Assembly (NCBI GenBank): GCA_015488685.1
Contig: WFNH01000034.1
Coordinates: 15,190-79,189 of the forward strand
DNA length: 64,000 nucleotides
Reading direction: 5' to 3'
From: Marinosulfonomonas sp.
GTDB lineage: Bacteria > Pseudomonadota > Alphaproteobacteria > Rhodobacterales > Rhodobacteraceae
Shown: one piece after another, positions 38,532-48,544 of the stretch
Position numbering within the stretch: position 1 is the stretch's first letter
How the letters are laid out: every line of letters begins with the position of its first letter
Translations under genes and position numbers: made by a program
Notes under the pieces: model-generated
Told to the model about the DNA's origin: nothing
What the model saw: the letters and a program-made list of their open reading frames with translations, nothing else
The model's database searches: none

Positions 38532-38701
38532 AGCCGACTTAAATTCAGCACCCCCATAATGCTATTTTCCGGCATACATGGGGCGCAACTCTATTGAGCT
38601 TTAATAAAATCGGCCCAAGGATTTATTGAGGATTAACCCGATGTTCATACTCAGTATCTGATACTATCCCATCGGTGGGGGCGCCGATCAGGAGCATGGA
38701 T

Positions 38702-39076
38702 ATGCTTATTCTTCCGGGGGCTTTGCCTGTGGCCCCGCCAACACAACAGGCCTTTGCCACACCACCGGCACCTTCACCCGTGAAAACTGTGGCGGAACCG
38801 GCGGCGTCCAGCAAAACCCGCAATGAAACCGGCACCGATACCGGCCCGCATTCGGACGGGCAACACAGCGCGATCCTGCCACCACCGCCCAATCCTGACA
38901 AACCCGTAGGCCCACCCCCGACATTCGAGGCGAACCTGCTGGAATCCGAGCGGGAAAAACTGCGTGCAGGGCCGGAATTGCGATCTAGGGAATCCGCCAA
39001 ACCCGAAGCAGAAAAGGCGGCAGAGCCTTACGCCCCGCCGCCTAAAGATACACATGAAATAAATATCGCTGTTTAA
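38702..39076 (+). CDS. Pro/Ala-rich low-complexity hypothetical protein
   Basis: 124 aa from ATG 38702 (AGGAG 7 nt upstream). Mostly disordered-looking ('PPPPNPDKPVGPPPTFEANLLESEREKLRAG'). A competing antisense ORF exists, so the call is tentative. Confidence 0.4.
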   Translation: MLILPGALPVAPPTQQAFATPPAPSPVKTVAEPAASSKTRNETGTDTGPHSDGQHSAILPPPPNPDKPVGPPPTFEANLLESEREKLRAGPELRSRESAKPEAEKAAEPYAPPPKDTHEINIAV

Positions 39077-40387
39077 CTATTTCCCCGATGCGCAGGTATT
39101 GCCCGGGTTGTTCGGGTGGTCAATCCAGTTGCCGTATTCGGCGGGAACCTTTTGCCCCGTGCGTTCGTCCAACTCGCCCGGCATTACCTGTTTCATAGTG
39201 ATGCAGCCCTCGACGGGGCAGACATTGACACACAGGTTACAGGCGACACATTCGTCGTCCTTGACGCTGAATTTACGGTCCTCCGACATTTCGATGGCCT
39301 GATGGCTTGTATCCTCGCAGGCGGCATAACAACGGCCACACTGGATACAGGCGTCCTGATCAATCACTGCTTTGGTGATGTAATTCAGGTTCAGATACTG
39401 CCAGTCGGTCACATTCGGCACCGCCATCCCGACAAAATCATCAACCGATGTATAGCCTTTTTCATCCATCCACTGGCTAAGGCCCGAGATCATTTCCTCG
39501 ACGATCTTGAAACCATAGGTCATCACCGCCGTGCAAACCTGCACGTTGCCACAACCCAGCGCCATGAATTCCGCCGCATCGCGCCATGTGGTCACGCCAC
39601 CAATACCGGAAATCGGCAGGTTCGCCGTTTCGGGATTGCGCGCAATTTCCGCCACCATGTTCAACGCAATCGGTTTCACCGCAGGGCCGCAATAGCCGCC
39701 ATGCGTGCCCTTGCCGTCAATCGTCGGTTCGGGCGCCATTGTGTCCAGATCAACAGTCGTGATCGAATTGATCGTATTGATCAGCGATACCGCATCGGCT
39801 CCGCCGCGCAACGCCGCTTCGGCGGGTTTGCGGATGTCGGTGATGTTGGGGGTCAGTTTGACGATCACCGGCATTTTGGTGTTTTCCTTGCACCAGCGGG
39901 TCACCATCTCGATGTATTCGGGCACCTGCCCGACAGCGCCGCCCATACCGCGTTCGGCCATGCCGTGCGGACAACCAAAGTTCAGCTCGACACCATCAGC
40001 GCCAGTCGTTTCGACCGCCTTCAAAATGTCCTTCCACGGCTGTTCCTCGCAAGGCACCATCAACGACACGATAATCGCGCGGTCGGGGTAGTCCTTTTTC
40101 ACCCGTGTGATTTCTTCCAGATTCTGCTGCAAAGGGCGGTCGGTGATCAGCTCAATGTTGTTCAACCCCAACAACCGCCGGTCAGCGCCATAAATCGCGC
40201 CATAACGCGGGCCATTGACGTTGACCACGGGCGGGCCTTCTTCGCCCAGTGTTTTCCAGACGACGCCGCCCCATCCGGCCTCGAACGCGCGGCGGACATT
40301 GTATTCCTTGTCCGTGGGCGGAGCCGAAGCCAGCCAGAACGGGTTAGGAGATTTGATACCAAGAAAATTAGATGTAAGATCAGCCAT
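39077..40387 (-). CDS. preA: NAD-dependent dihydropyrimidine dehydrogenase subunit PreA
   Basis: 436 aa. DHOD-like TIM barrel ('LNFGCPHGM', 'ISGIGGV') plus a C-terminal 2x[4Fe-4S] region 'CIQCGRCYAACED..CVACNLCVNVCP'. Confidence 0.93.
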   Translation of the reverse strand: MADLTSNFLGIKSPNPFWLASAPPTDKEYNVRRAFEAGWGGVVWKTLGEEGPPVVNVNGPRYGAIYGADRRLLGLNNIELITDRPLQQNLEEITRVKKDYPDRAIIVSLMVPCEEQPWKDILKAVETTGADGVELNFGCPHGMAERGMGGAVGQVPEYIEMVTRWCKENTKMPVIVKLTPNITDIRKPAEAALRGGADAVSLINTINSITTVDLDTMAPEPTIDGKGTHGGYCGPAVKPIALNMVAEIARNPETANLPISGIGGVTTWRDAAEFMALGCGNVQVCTAVMTYGFKIVEEMISGLSQWMDEKGYTSVDDFVGMAVPNVTDWQYLNLNYITKAVIDQDACIQCGRCYAACEDTSHQAIEMSEDRKFSVKDDECVACNLCVNVCPVEGCITMKQVMPGELDERTGQKVPAEYGNWIDHPNNPGNTCASGK

Positions 40388-40399
40388 TTACCAACCCTC

Positions 40400-41734
40400 C
40401 TATGCCATCAACGTGGCGTTAATATCAATCGCGGCGTCGCGGCCCTCGGCCACGGCGGTCACGGTCAGATCGTCGCCACCACTGGCGCAATCCCCACCGG
40501 CCCAAACGCCGTCTTGCGATGTGCGGCCATGTTCGTTCACCACAATCTTGCCGCGTTCAACCGCCACACCATCGGGCACCCCTTCCAGTGTCTGGCCAAT
40601 CGCCTTGAACACCTGATCGGCGGGGATGCGGAACATCTCGCCTGTGCCGCGCAGTTTGCCGTCTTCTTCAACGGTATATTCAAATTCGACCTCGCGCACT
40701 GCGCCGTCCCCGTGGATGGCAACCGGCTGGGCGTTATAGATGATCGTCACGCCTTTGGCTGTGGCCAGTTCCTGTTCGTATTCCGATGCCGCCATGCGTT
40801 CCTTGCCGCGCCGATAAACCATCGAAACATGTTCCGCGCCCAGCAGCTTTGACTGTACCGCCGCGTCAACAGCGGTCATACCGCCGCCAATCACCACCAC
40901 ATTGCGGCCAACCGGCATTTTTGACAGATCATCGGCCTGACGCAATTTCGCAATGTAATCAACAGCATCCAGAACCCCGTCCAGATCCTCGCCATCAGCA
41001 CGCAGGGCGTTTACCCCGCCCAGCCCGATGGCCAGAAATACAGCGTCATAGGAACCGGTCAGATCCGCCAGCGACATGCCGTCGCCCAGACGTTTGCCGT
41101 ATTCCACTGTGATACCGCCTATCTGCATCAGCCATTCCACCTCGCGGTGGGCGAAATCATCGACCGATTTATAGGCGGCAATGCCGAATTCGTTCAGACC
41201 ACCGGCCTTTTCGCGACCATCCAGAATAACAACATCATGGCCATGCATCGCCAAACGGTGCGCACAGGACAGACCCGCAGGCCCCGCCCCGACAACCGCA
41301 ACCTTTTTGCCGGTCGGTTCGGCACGCTCAAACGGATGCACGCCCTTTTCCATCATCGTGTCGGTGGCATAGCGCTGAAGGCGGCCGATCTCGACCGGCT
41401 TGCCTTCGGCAACCTCGCGCACGCAAACCTCTTCGCACAGGGTTTCCGTCGGGCAAACGCGGGCACACATACCACCCAGAATGTTTTCCTCGAAAATCTT
41501 CACCGCAGCCGCTTCGGCTGTGCCGGTGCTGATCTGGCGAATAAACATCGGAATGTCGATGCTGGTCGGACAGGCCGTCTGGCATGGCGCGTCATAACAG
41601 AAATAACAACGATCCGCCGCGACCGCTGCCTCGTGCGCATCCAGTGGCGCATGCAGATCGGTAAAGTTCTTGGCATAGGCGTCTTTGGTCAACCGTCCCG
41701 GCGCAATCCCCGGTGTCATCTGGCTGTTCGGCAT
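40400..41734 (-). CDS. preT: NAD-dependent dihydropyrimidine dehydrogenase subunit PreT
   Basis: 444 aa from ATG 41734 (ATG 41743 is an alternative; the track start 41779 is TTG). 'RCYFCYDAPCQTACP', 'CARVCPTETLCE', dinucleotide fold 'VAVVGAGPAGLSCA'. Confidence 0.9.
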   Translation of the reverse strand: MPNSQMTPGIAPGRLTKDAYAKNFTDLHAPLDAHEAAVAADRCYFCYDAPCQTACPTSIDIPMFIRQISTGTAEAAAVKIFEENILGGMCARVCPTETLCEEVCVREVAEGKPVEIGRLQRYATDTMMEKGVHPFERAEPTGKKVAVVGAGPAGLSCAHRLAMHGHDVVILDGREKAGGLNEFGIAAYKSVDDFAHREVEWLMQIGGITVEYGKRLGDGMSLADLTGSYDAVFLAIGLGGVNALRADGEDLDGVLDAVDYIAKLRQADDLSKMPVGRNVVVIGGGMTAVDAAVQSKLLGAEHVSMVYRRGKERMAASEYEQELATAKGVTIIYNAQPVAIHGDGAVREVEFEYTVEEDGKLRGTGEMFRIPADQVFKAIGQTLEGVPDGVAVERGKIVVNEHGRTSQDGVWAGGDCASGGDDLTVTAVAEGRDAAIDINATLMA

Positions 41735-42002
41735 AATTTGCATCCCGCGTTGATAAAACAGACTCAAATCGTGCCACAAGTTGATTATTTTATCAAATGG
41801 TAAATTTTATTTTTTGGTCAATTCTTCAAAATCCTGAAAAACAAGGGCAAATTGGCGGTTATATGGTGGAAACTGGCAAAATTCCCCCTATGAAATATGA
41901 CCGGAACCGCTTTTCACCTTCCGTAAGGTCGCGTATAAGCATGCAAAGTCAAAGACAACCAGCCCCGCAAAACGGGGCCGTTAAGGGGATACCGAGGACG
42001 CC

Positions 42003-42497
42003 ATGACAAAGAAAACCAAAGACGAAGACGTGGCCTTTATTCAGGCGCTGGCACAGATACTGGATGATAACGACATGACCGAGATCCAGGTCAAGCGCAT
42101 CTATGCCAACAACGACAGCATGAACGTCCGCGTCAGCCGCAAGACCGAAACGGTTATGGCCACAGCAGCTCCCGTGGCCGCTGCCCCAGTTGCCGCCGCC
42201 GCGCCGACTGCTGCTGCCCCTACCGAAGCCCCGGTAGAAGTTTCCGCCGATCCGGCCTCGCTGCCCGGTGCTGTGACATCGCCAATGGTCGGCACCGCTT
42301 ACCTGCAACCCGAACCCAACGCCCCCGCATTCGTCAGCGTTGGTGACAAAGTGGCCGAAGGCGATACCATCCTGATCATCGAAGCCATGAAAACCATGAA
42401 CCACATTCCGGCCCCTGCATCGGGCACGGTGAAACGCATTCTGGTGGCCGATGGTGATGCGGTAGAATTTGGCGCACCTTTGATGATCATCGAATAG
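42003..42497 (+). CDS. accB: Acetyl-CoA carboxylase biotin carboxyl carrier protein
   Basis: 164 aa. Ala/Pro-rich linker, then the biotinyl domain '[13 protein letters not shown]'. Confidence 0.95.
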   Translation: MTKKTKDEDVAFIQALAQILDDNDMTEIQVKRIYANNDSMNVRVSRKTETVMATAAPVAAAPVAAAAPTAAAPTEAPVEVSADPASLPGAVTSPMVGTAYLQPEPNAPAFVSVGDKVAEGDTILIIEAMKTMNHIPAPASGTVKRILVADGDAVEFGAPLMIIE

Positions 42498-42507
42498 GGG
42501 CCACACC

Positions 42508-43854
42508 ATGTTCGACAAAATCCTGATTGCCAACCGTGGCGAAATCGCCCTTCGGGTGGTGCGTGCCTGCCGCGAAATGGGCATTAAATCCGTTGCGGTG
42601 CATTCCACCGCCGATGCCGACGCGATGCATGTGCGCATGGCAGACGAGGCAGTTTGCATCGGGCCCCCATCCAGCACCGACAGCTATCTGCGCATCCCCG
42701 CAATCATCGCCGCTTGCGAAGTGACCGGCGCACAGGCGATCCACCCTGGCTATGGCTTTTTGTCGGAGAACGCCGATTTCGTGCAGGTGATCGAGGATCA
42801 CGGCCTGACATTCATCGGTCCCACCGCCGAACATATCCGTATCATGGGCGATAAAATCACCGCCAAGGATACAATGAAAAAACTGGGTGTGCCTTGCGTT
42901 CCCGGCTCGGACGGCGGTGTGCCCGATGTGGCAAGCGCCAAGAAAATCGGCAAGGAGCTGGGCTATCCTGTGATCGTCAAGGCCACCGCCGGTGGCGGCG
43001 GGCGCGGCATGAAGCTGGCCCCGACCGAAGCCGATATGGAAAGCGCCTTTCACACGGCGAGGGCCGAGGCCCTGTCGGGTTTTGGCAATGACGAAGTGTA
43101 TATCGAAAAATACCTGACCAAACCGCGCCACATCGAAGTGCAAGTGTTTGGCGACGGCAAAGGCAACGCGGTGCATCTGGGCGAACGCGACTGTTCCCTG
43201 CAACGCCGCCACCAGAAAGTGTTTGAAGAGGCCCCAGGCCCGGTCATCACCCCCGAAATGCGTGCCAAAATCGGCAAGGTCTGTGCCGATGCTGTGGCTG
43301 GAATCAACTATATTGGTGCTGGCACAATCGAATTCCTGTATGAAGACGGCGAATTCTATTTCATCGAAATGAACACCCGACTACAGGTGGAACACCCCGT
43401 GACCGAAGCCGTTTTCGGTGTTGATCTGGTGCGCGAACAGATTCGTGTAGCCGAAGGGCTGCCAATGTCGTTCACTCAGGATGATCTGGAAGTGCAAGGC
43501 CACGCCATCGAGGTGCGGATCAATGCTGAAAAGCTGCCCAACTTTACCCCCTGCCCCGGCACGATTACGCAATTCCATGCCCCCGGCGGTCTGGGCGTGC
43601 GGATGGATTCAGCACTCTACGACGGCTACAAAATCCCGCCTTATTACGACAGCCTGATTGGCAAGCTGATCGTGCATGGCCGTGACCGGCCCGAGGCTTT
43701 GGCCCGTCTTAGCCGCGCTCTGGGTGAATTGATTGTGGACGGGGTGGATACGACGCTCCCCCTGTTCCATGCGCTGCTGGCCGAAAAGGATATCCAGACT
43801 GGGGATTATAACATCCATTGGCTGGAAAAATGGCTCGAGGAAAACTTGGGCTAA
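42508..43854 (+). CDS. accC: Acetyl-CoA carboxylase biotin carboxylase subunit
   Basis: 448 aa. '[17 protein letters not shown]', 'GGGGRGM', '[14 protein letters not shown]'. Confidence 0.97.
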   Translation: MFDKILIANRGEIALRVVRACREMGIKSVAVHSTADADAMHVRMADEAVCIGPPSSTDSYLRIPAIIAACEVTGAQAIHPGYGFLSENADFVQVIEDHGLTFIGPTAEHIRIMGDKITAKDTMKKLGVPCVPGSDGGVPDVASAKKIGKELGYPVIVKATAGGGGRGMKLAPTEADMESAFHTARAEALSGFGNDEVYIEKYLTKPRHIEVQVFGDGKGNAVHLGERDCSLQRRHQKVFEEAPGPVITPEMRAKIGKVCADAVAGINYIGAGTIEFLYEDGEFYFIEMNTRLQVEHPVTEAVFGVDLVREQIRVAEGLPMSFTQDDLEVQGHAIEVRINAEKLPNFTPCPGTITQFHAPGGLGVRMDSALYDGYKIPPYYDSLIGKLIVHGRDRPEALARLSRALGELIVDGVDTTLPLFHALLAEKDIQTGDYNIHWLEKWLEENLG

Positions 43855-44026
43855 GCTCGGCAGCAAAGCATGCCAACCACGGCTTCTTACCGGGCCGTGG
43901 ATCTAAGATAGAATACTGCTTGGTGACTTCGGGGAGAAAGTTATAAAACAGTCTTTCTTTATTTGCCTTTCCCCGTGACAATGAGGGCCAACAAGACCCC
44001 TTTGAACATCCAAGCGCGTGACACGA

Positions 44027-44668
44027 ATGCCAAACCCGATTACAGCCGAAACACTCTTGCATGCATATGCCTCGGGCGTCTTTCCAATGGCGGAATCGCG
44101 CGAGGATAATGATCTGTTCTGGGTCGATCCCCATTTTCGCGGGATATTTGAATTGGATAATTTCCACATTTCCCGCAGCCTGGCGAGACAAATCAGGCAA
44201 GAACCTTACCAAATTCGAACAAATACTGCATTTATGCCAGTCGTCCACGCCTGTGCCGACCGGACCGAAACATGGATAAACGCAAAACTGCTGGAACTGT
44301 ATGAACAGCTTCATCTGATGGGCTTTGCCCATTCTCTCGAGGTCTGGGAAGATAGTGAACTGGTCGGCGGCGTTTACGGGTTGGCCATTGGCGGCGCCTT
44401 CTTTGGCGAAAGCATGTTTTCACGACGCACCAATACGTCAAAAATTGCACTTGCATATCTTATAGACAGGTTGCGTCTGGGTGGATTTTCTCTATTTGAC
44501 ACCCAGTTCATCACCCCGCATCTGGCCTCGTTGGGGGCCATTGAAATACCGCGTGATGACTACCGCAAAAGGTTGGAATACGCTTTGGGCTTAGAGGCTG
44601 ATTTTAATCGTGCAGAAGATATGCCCGATGCCTATTCTGTCTTGCAGCGCAACACCCAGACATCATAA
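44027..44668 (+). CDS. aat: Leucyl/phenylalanyl-tRNA--protein transferase
   Basis: 213 aa from ATG 44027 (the track start 44018 is GTG). 'LLHAYASGVFPMAES', 'LFWVDPHFRGI', 'HSLEVWEDSELVGGVYGLAIGGAFFGESMFS'. Confidence 0.88.
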   Translation: MPNPITAETLLHAYASGVFPMAESREDNDLFWVDPHFRGIFELDNFHISRSLARQIRQEPYQIRTNTAFMPVVHACADRTETWINAKLLELYEQLHLMGFAHSLEVWEDSELVGGVYGLAIGGAFFGESMFSRRTNTSKIALAYLIDRLRLGGFSLFDTQFITPHLASLGAIEIPRDDYRKRLEYALGLEADFNRAEDMPDAYSVLQRNTQTS

Positions 44669-44991
44669 CGCGCATTATCCAGCGCATCCAGAGCAGGAGC
44701 GGCAGCTATCATCCAGCCCTGGAACACCGGCTCATCCTTGCCATTCTCGCGAATGACCAGATAGGCAAAGGCGTTGCCGGCCGGATTCCCTTTGGGATAT
44801 CTACAGTCCTTCAGGGTAATATTCAGTCGACCGAAGTCTTGGTTTGCGCCTGTCGCAAGTTCGATATCGGTGACGCTCCCATCCAGTTTGTCCAGTCCGC
44901 GCAAAATCGCGGCGGGGGCGCTACTGACTTCTTGCGCCTGAAGCGGGGGCGCAAGGAAAGCAACAGACAAGAGAAGAAAGGCACATATCAT
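44632..44991 (-). CDS. DUF2155 domain protein (secreted)
   Basis: 119 aa. Signal 'MICAFLLLSVAFLAPPLQAQ'. 'LRGLDKLDG....ELA.G....FGRL.I.L..C' is the DUF2155 pattern. ATGA overlap with mlaD. Confidence 0.7.
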   Translation of the reverse strand: MICAFLLLSVAFLAPPLQAQEVSSAPAAILRGLDKLDGSVTDIELATGANQDFGRLNITLKDCRYPKGNPAGNAFAYLVIRENGKDEPVFQGWMIAAAPALDALDNARYDVWVLRCKTE

Positions 44992-45455
44992 TTGGTTGTA
45001 TCGTTACCACTACCGCTTCCGGAAACATATTTCATCAGCAGCGTAATCAGGCTGACTGCGCCTTGCGTATCGTCGATTTCATCGCCTGCTTCAAAGTTGT
45101 CAGGCGAACCGCCTGGGTATATTTCAACGAAATTCCCGCCAAGCAACCCTTCGGACGATATAACGGCCGCACTATCATCGGGAATGGCGATACCCTCTTT
45201 TACCGTCAGCACCATATCCGCGCGGAAGGTTTCAGGGTTCAGTTTCATTTCACTGATCGTGCCGATTTTCACACCGGCAAGGCGCACATCGGTTCCGACA
45301 GTCACCCCTTCAACCGATCGGAAACTGGCGGTTAGCGGGTAATCACCTGTTTTCCCGATGGAAAACCCGGTAGCCTGACCCGCATAGACCAAAAATCCGA
45401 TGGCCACAGCAAGAACAGCACCGCCGACCAGCACTTCTGTCGTTGATTCCGACAT
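44988..45455 (-). CDS. mlaD: Outer-membrane lipid asymmetry protein MlaD (MCE domain)
   Basis: 155 aa. N-terminal TM segment, then the MCE domain ('FRSVEGVTVGTDVRLAGVKIGTISEMKLNPETFRADMVLTV'). Confidence 0.8.
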   Translation of the reverse strand: MSESTTEVLVGGAVLAVAIGFLVYAGQATGFSIGKTGDYPLTASFRSVEGVTVGTDVRLAGVKIGTISEMKLNPETFRADMVLTVKEGIAIPDDSAAVISSEGLLGGNFVEIYPGGSPDNFEAGDEIDDTQGAVSLITLLMKYVSGSGSGNDTTK

Positions 45456-45457
45456 GG

Positions 45458-45835
45458 TTATTCAGGCTGCCAAGCGTCATAATCCCGCCATTCGGCAGGT
45501 TTTTCACGACGCAATGAGCCAACAGGAAAATGCGCTTTATCTGTGCCAGTCAGGTTTGGCAAATGCGGCTTTTCCCATTTCTTGTGTTCCAAAGGCGTAT
45601 TTGTTGGCGGCTCGTCCCAAGTGAAATGCAACCAACCGTGCCAATCCGGCGGGACCACACTGGCTTCGGGGATATCGGCGTAGCAGACCCAGCGCCGTTT
45701 GTCGTCCTTGGTCCGGTAATAGATATTGCCCATATCATCTTCGCCCACTTTGACGCCATTGCGCCATGTGTAAATCTGGGTGCCCAGCGTCTGGCCGTGG
45801 TACCAAGTCAGCATTCGAAGAATAAAGCGTATCAT
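45458..45835 (-). CDS. NADH:ubiquinone oxidoreductase subunit NDUFA12-family protein
   Basis: 125 aa from ATG 45835 (the track start is TTG). '[31 protein letters not shown]....KRRWV.Y......[11 protein letters not shown]' is the NDUFA12 pattern. Confidence 0.8.
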   Translation of the reverse strand: MIRFILRMLTWYHGQTLGTQIYTWRNGVKVGEDDMGNIYYRTKDDKRRWVCYADIPEASVVPPDWHGWLHFTWDEPPTNTPLEHKKWEKPHLPNLTGTDKAHFPVGSLRREKPAEWRDYDAWQPE

Positions 45836-45914
45836 CACGCCCCCCAATATCCATGTGGTCGTTGCTTACTGATATGAACCAATCCGTCGCCAAGGTCCAG
45901 ACCTGCCGGTGTAT

Positions 45915-46304
45915 TTAGGCGCTTTCCGGCAAGCGGGCGGTGACTTCGATCTCGATTTTCATTGCAGGGTCGATCAAACCGGCCTGGATCATCGTCGCGG
46001 CGGGAGGGTTCTCGCCAAAGGCTGCACGCAAAAGCGGCCAGCAAGGCTCGAAATCATTGCGGTCGGGCAGGATGTAATGCACCCGCACCACATCGGCAAA
46101 TGTTGCACCGGCCTGCTTTAACGCCTTGCGAATATGGCCCAGCGCCAATTCGCATTGCTCAACCACGTTTTCGGGGGTGGTCATGGTGGCGTGATCATTG
46201 CCGACAGTACCTGAAACATGCACCCAACCATCGACCACCACCGCACGGCAGTAACCGATCTTGGGCTCATAGGCAGAACCGGATGAAATACGCTTGATCG
46301 GCAT
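45915..46304 (-). CDS. RidA/YjgF family protein
   Basis: About 129 aa. 'GYCRAVVVDGWVHVSGTVG' and the C-terminal 'KIEIEVTA' are typical of the RidA fold. Start at ATG 46304 (1 nt after the clpX stop) or ATG 46316. Confidence 0.83.
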   Translation of the reverse strand: MPIKRISSGSAYEPKIGYCRAVVVDGWVHVSGTVGNDHATMTTPENVVEQCELALGHIRKALKQAGATFADVVRVHYILPDRNDFEPCWPLLRAAFGENPPAATMIQAGLIDPAMKIEIEVTARLPESA

Positions 46305-46305
46305 A

Positions 46306-47574
46306 TCAGCTCGCACTGGCTTCCTCTTTTTCCTTGGGCTCGGAATAGATCAACAGCGGGTTGGCATCCGAGGTCACAGCCTCCTCGTTCACCACAACTT
46401 CGTCCACGTTTTCAAGGCCGGGCAGGTCGAACATGGTATCCAGAAGGATATCCTCCATGATCGAGCGCAGGCCACGCGCGCCGGTTTTACGTTCGATCGC
46501 GCGTTTGGCGATGGCTTTCAACGCATCTTCGGTGAAGGTCAGCTTGGCCTCTTCCAGTTCGAACAGGCGCTGGTATTGCTTGACCAATGCGTTTTTCGGC
46601 TGGGTCAGGATGGTAACCAGCGCGTCTTCGTCCAGATCCGTCAGGGTCGCGATCACCGGCAAACGGCCAACGAATTCCGGGATCAGGCCGAATTTCAGCA
46701 GATCTTCGGGTTCCAGATCGGTCAGCATCTCGCCGATACCGCGATCTTCGTCATCTTGCACATCGGCCCCAAAGCCGATGGCGGACCCTTTGCCGCGTTG
46801 GGAAATAATTTTTTCAAGGCCGGAAAAGGCACCGCCACAGATAAACAGGATATTTGTGGTGTCCACTTGCAGGAATTCCTGCTGTGGATGCTTGCGCCCG
46901 CCTTGCGGGGGCACCGAGGCAACCGTGCCTTCCATGATTTTCAGCAGCGCCTGCTGCACACCCTCGCCCGATACATCGCGGGTGATCGAGGGGTTATCGG
47001 ACTTGCGGGTGATTTTGTCGACCTCGTCAATATAGACGATGCCACGCTGGGCACGCTCGACATTGTATTCGGATGCCTGAAGCAGCTTCAGGATGATGTT
47101 TTCCACGTCTTCGCCCACATAACCGGCTTCGGTCAATGTGGTGGCATCGGCCATAGTAAACGGCACATCCAAAATCCGCGCCAGCGTTTGGGCCAGCAGG
47201 GTTTTACCGCAGCCGGTGGGACCAATCAGCATGATGTTGGATTTTGCCAGCTCGACCTCGCCGGATTTGCCGCCCTGGTTCAGGCGTTTGTAGTGGTTAT
47301 GTACCGCCACTGACAGAACCCGTTTGGCATGGAACTGGCCGATGACATAATCATCCAGCACGTCGCAAATCTCTTGCGGTGTCGGCACCCCTTCGGATGA
47401 CTTCAAGCCAGCTGCTTTGGTTTCTTCACGGATGATATCCATGCACAGCTCGACGCATTCATCGCAGATAAAAACGGTCGGGCCCGCAATCAGCTTGCGC
47501 ACCTCGTGCTGGCTTTTGCCGCAGAACGAGCAGTAAAGCGTGTTCTTGCTGTCGTTGCCTGAATTGTTCGCCAT
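46306..47574 (-). CDS. clpX: ATP-dependent Clp protease ATP-binding subunit ClpX
   Basis: 422 aa from ATG 47574. Zinc finger '[27 protein letters not shown]', Walker A 'GPTGCGKT', 'IVYIDEVDK', 'GYVGEDVEN'. Confidence 0.97.
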   Translation of the reverse strand: MANNSGNDSKNTLYCSFCGKSQHEVRKLIAGPTVFICDECVELCMDIIREETKAAGLKSSEGVPTPQEICDVLDDYVIGQFHAKRVLSVAVHNHYKRLNQGGKSGEVELAKSNIMLIGPTGCGKTLLAQTLARILDVPFTMADATTLTEAGYVGEDVENIILKLLQASEYNVERAQRGIVYIDEVDKITRKSDNPSITRDVSGEGVQQALLKIMEGTVASVPPQGGRKHPQQEFLQVDTTNILFICGGAFSGLEKIISQRGKGSAIGFGADVQDDEDRGIGEMLTDLEPEDLLKFGLIPEFVGRLPVIATLTDLDEDALVTILTQPKNALVKQYQRLFELEEAKLTFTEDALKAIAKRAIERKTGARGLRSIMEDILLDTMFDLPGLENVDEVVVNEEAVTSDANPLLIYSEPKEKEEASAS

Positions 47575-47707
47575 TAGTGCACCTCTGTGGCTCGTAACCT
47601 GTGTTTCAACGCGAACCCGCAAAGGCCGCAGCGACTGCCCCTCGTCTCCAGCTTAGGGCAGCGCGATTTTGTCTTCAACGTCAAAATAGCGATTTGCGTC
47701 AGGCAGA

Positions 47708-48340
47708 TCAGCTTTCGTCGTCATCATCTATCGGGCGATTCTCGACGATTTCGTCGATCAGGCCCCAATCCTTGGCCTCTTGGGCGTCCATGAAATTGTC
47801 GCGTTCCAACGCCTCGACCACATCTTTTATCTTCTGGCCGGTATGGCTGACGTAGATCTGGTTCAACCGGTCCTTCAGTTTCTGGGTTTCTTGCGCATGG
47901 ATCATGATGTCCGTTGCCTGCCCTTGATACCCACCGGATGGCTGATGCACCATGATCCTGCTGTTTGGCAGCGAGAAACGCATCCCCTTGGCGCCAGCGG
48001 TCAGCAATAGCGACCCCATGCTGGCAGCTTGCCCGATGACCAGCGTTGACACCTTGGGTTTGATGTATTGCATGGTGTCGTAAATCGACAGCCCCGACGT
48101 GACCACCCCGCCCGGCGAGTTGATATACATCGAGATTTCTTTTTTCGGGTTCTCGGCTTCGAGGTGCAAAAGCTGCGCCACGATCAGGCTGGACATGCCG
48201 TCATGGATCGGACCGGTGATGAAAATAATCCGCTCTTTCAGAAGGCGCGAGAAAATATCATAGGCGCGCTCGCCACGGGCGGTTTGTTCAACCACCATCG
48301 GCACAAGGTTGTTCATATAGTGTTCATACGGGTCGTTCAT
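47708..48340 (-). CDS. clpP: ATP-dependent Clp protease proteolytic subunit ClpP
   Basis: 210 aa from ATG 48340. '[17 protein letters not shown]', catalytic Ser 'GQAASMGS', His 'MVHQPSGG'. Confidence 0.95.
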   Translation of the reverse strand: MNDPYEHYMNNLVPMVVEQTARGERAYDIFSRLLKERIIFITGPIHDGMSSLIVAQLLHLEAENPKKEISMYINSPGGVVTSGLSIYDTMQYIKPKVSTLVIGQAASMGSLLLTAGAKGMRFSLPNSRIMVHQPSGGYQGQATDIMIHAQETQKLKDRLNQIYVSHTGQKIKDVVEALERDNFMDAQEAKDWGLIDEIVENRPIDDDDES

Positions 48341-48544
48341 GGTCACCTGCCTGCTACTGGCGCGAATATTGCGCGCGTTACCTTCCCCAAGTCTTAGTTG
48401 TGCGTTCGAACCCCTGCAAGGGGGGTGCGCTGTGTTTTCGCACAAATGGGTTGAAGGATTGGTTACCGGAACGGAGAAATGGCAAAATTATTCCGATATT
48501 CGGGCCAATTCCACGGATCGGGGCGATCTAACCCGCCGGCCCAT

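Noticed and set aside
38623-39000. 125-aa minus-strand ORF competing with the Pro-rich plus-strand ORF.
   Set aside because: It has no SD-like sequence and a Gly/Ser/Ala/Arg composition typical of an antisense frame. The plus-strand ORF is kept only tentatively.
39116-40852. 578-aa plus-strand ORF.
   Set aside because: Antisense shadow of preA/preT, with no recognisable motifs and an Arg/His/Ala-rich composition.
46294-47313. 339-aa plus-strand ORF. The same issue applies to 50006-51409 (+), 52734-53549 (+), 62221-63540 (-), 30210-31205 (+) and 34846-35913 (+).
   Set aside because: Each lies antisense to a confidently identified gene (clpX, ThDP enzyme, CoA-transferase, cbbM, hydA, transaminase) and has shadow-ORF composition.
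48341-48544. Looked for a sigma-32 heat-shock promoter (CTTGAA-N13-17-CCCCATnT type) upstream of clpP.
   Set aside because: I found only a CTTG followed by a poor -10 candidate. The match is not good enough to annotate without a computed scan or TSS data.
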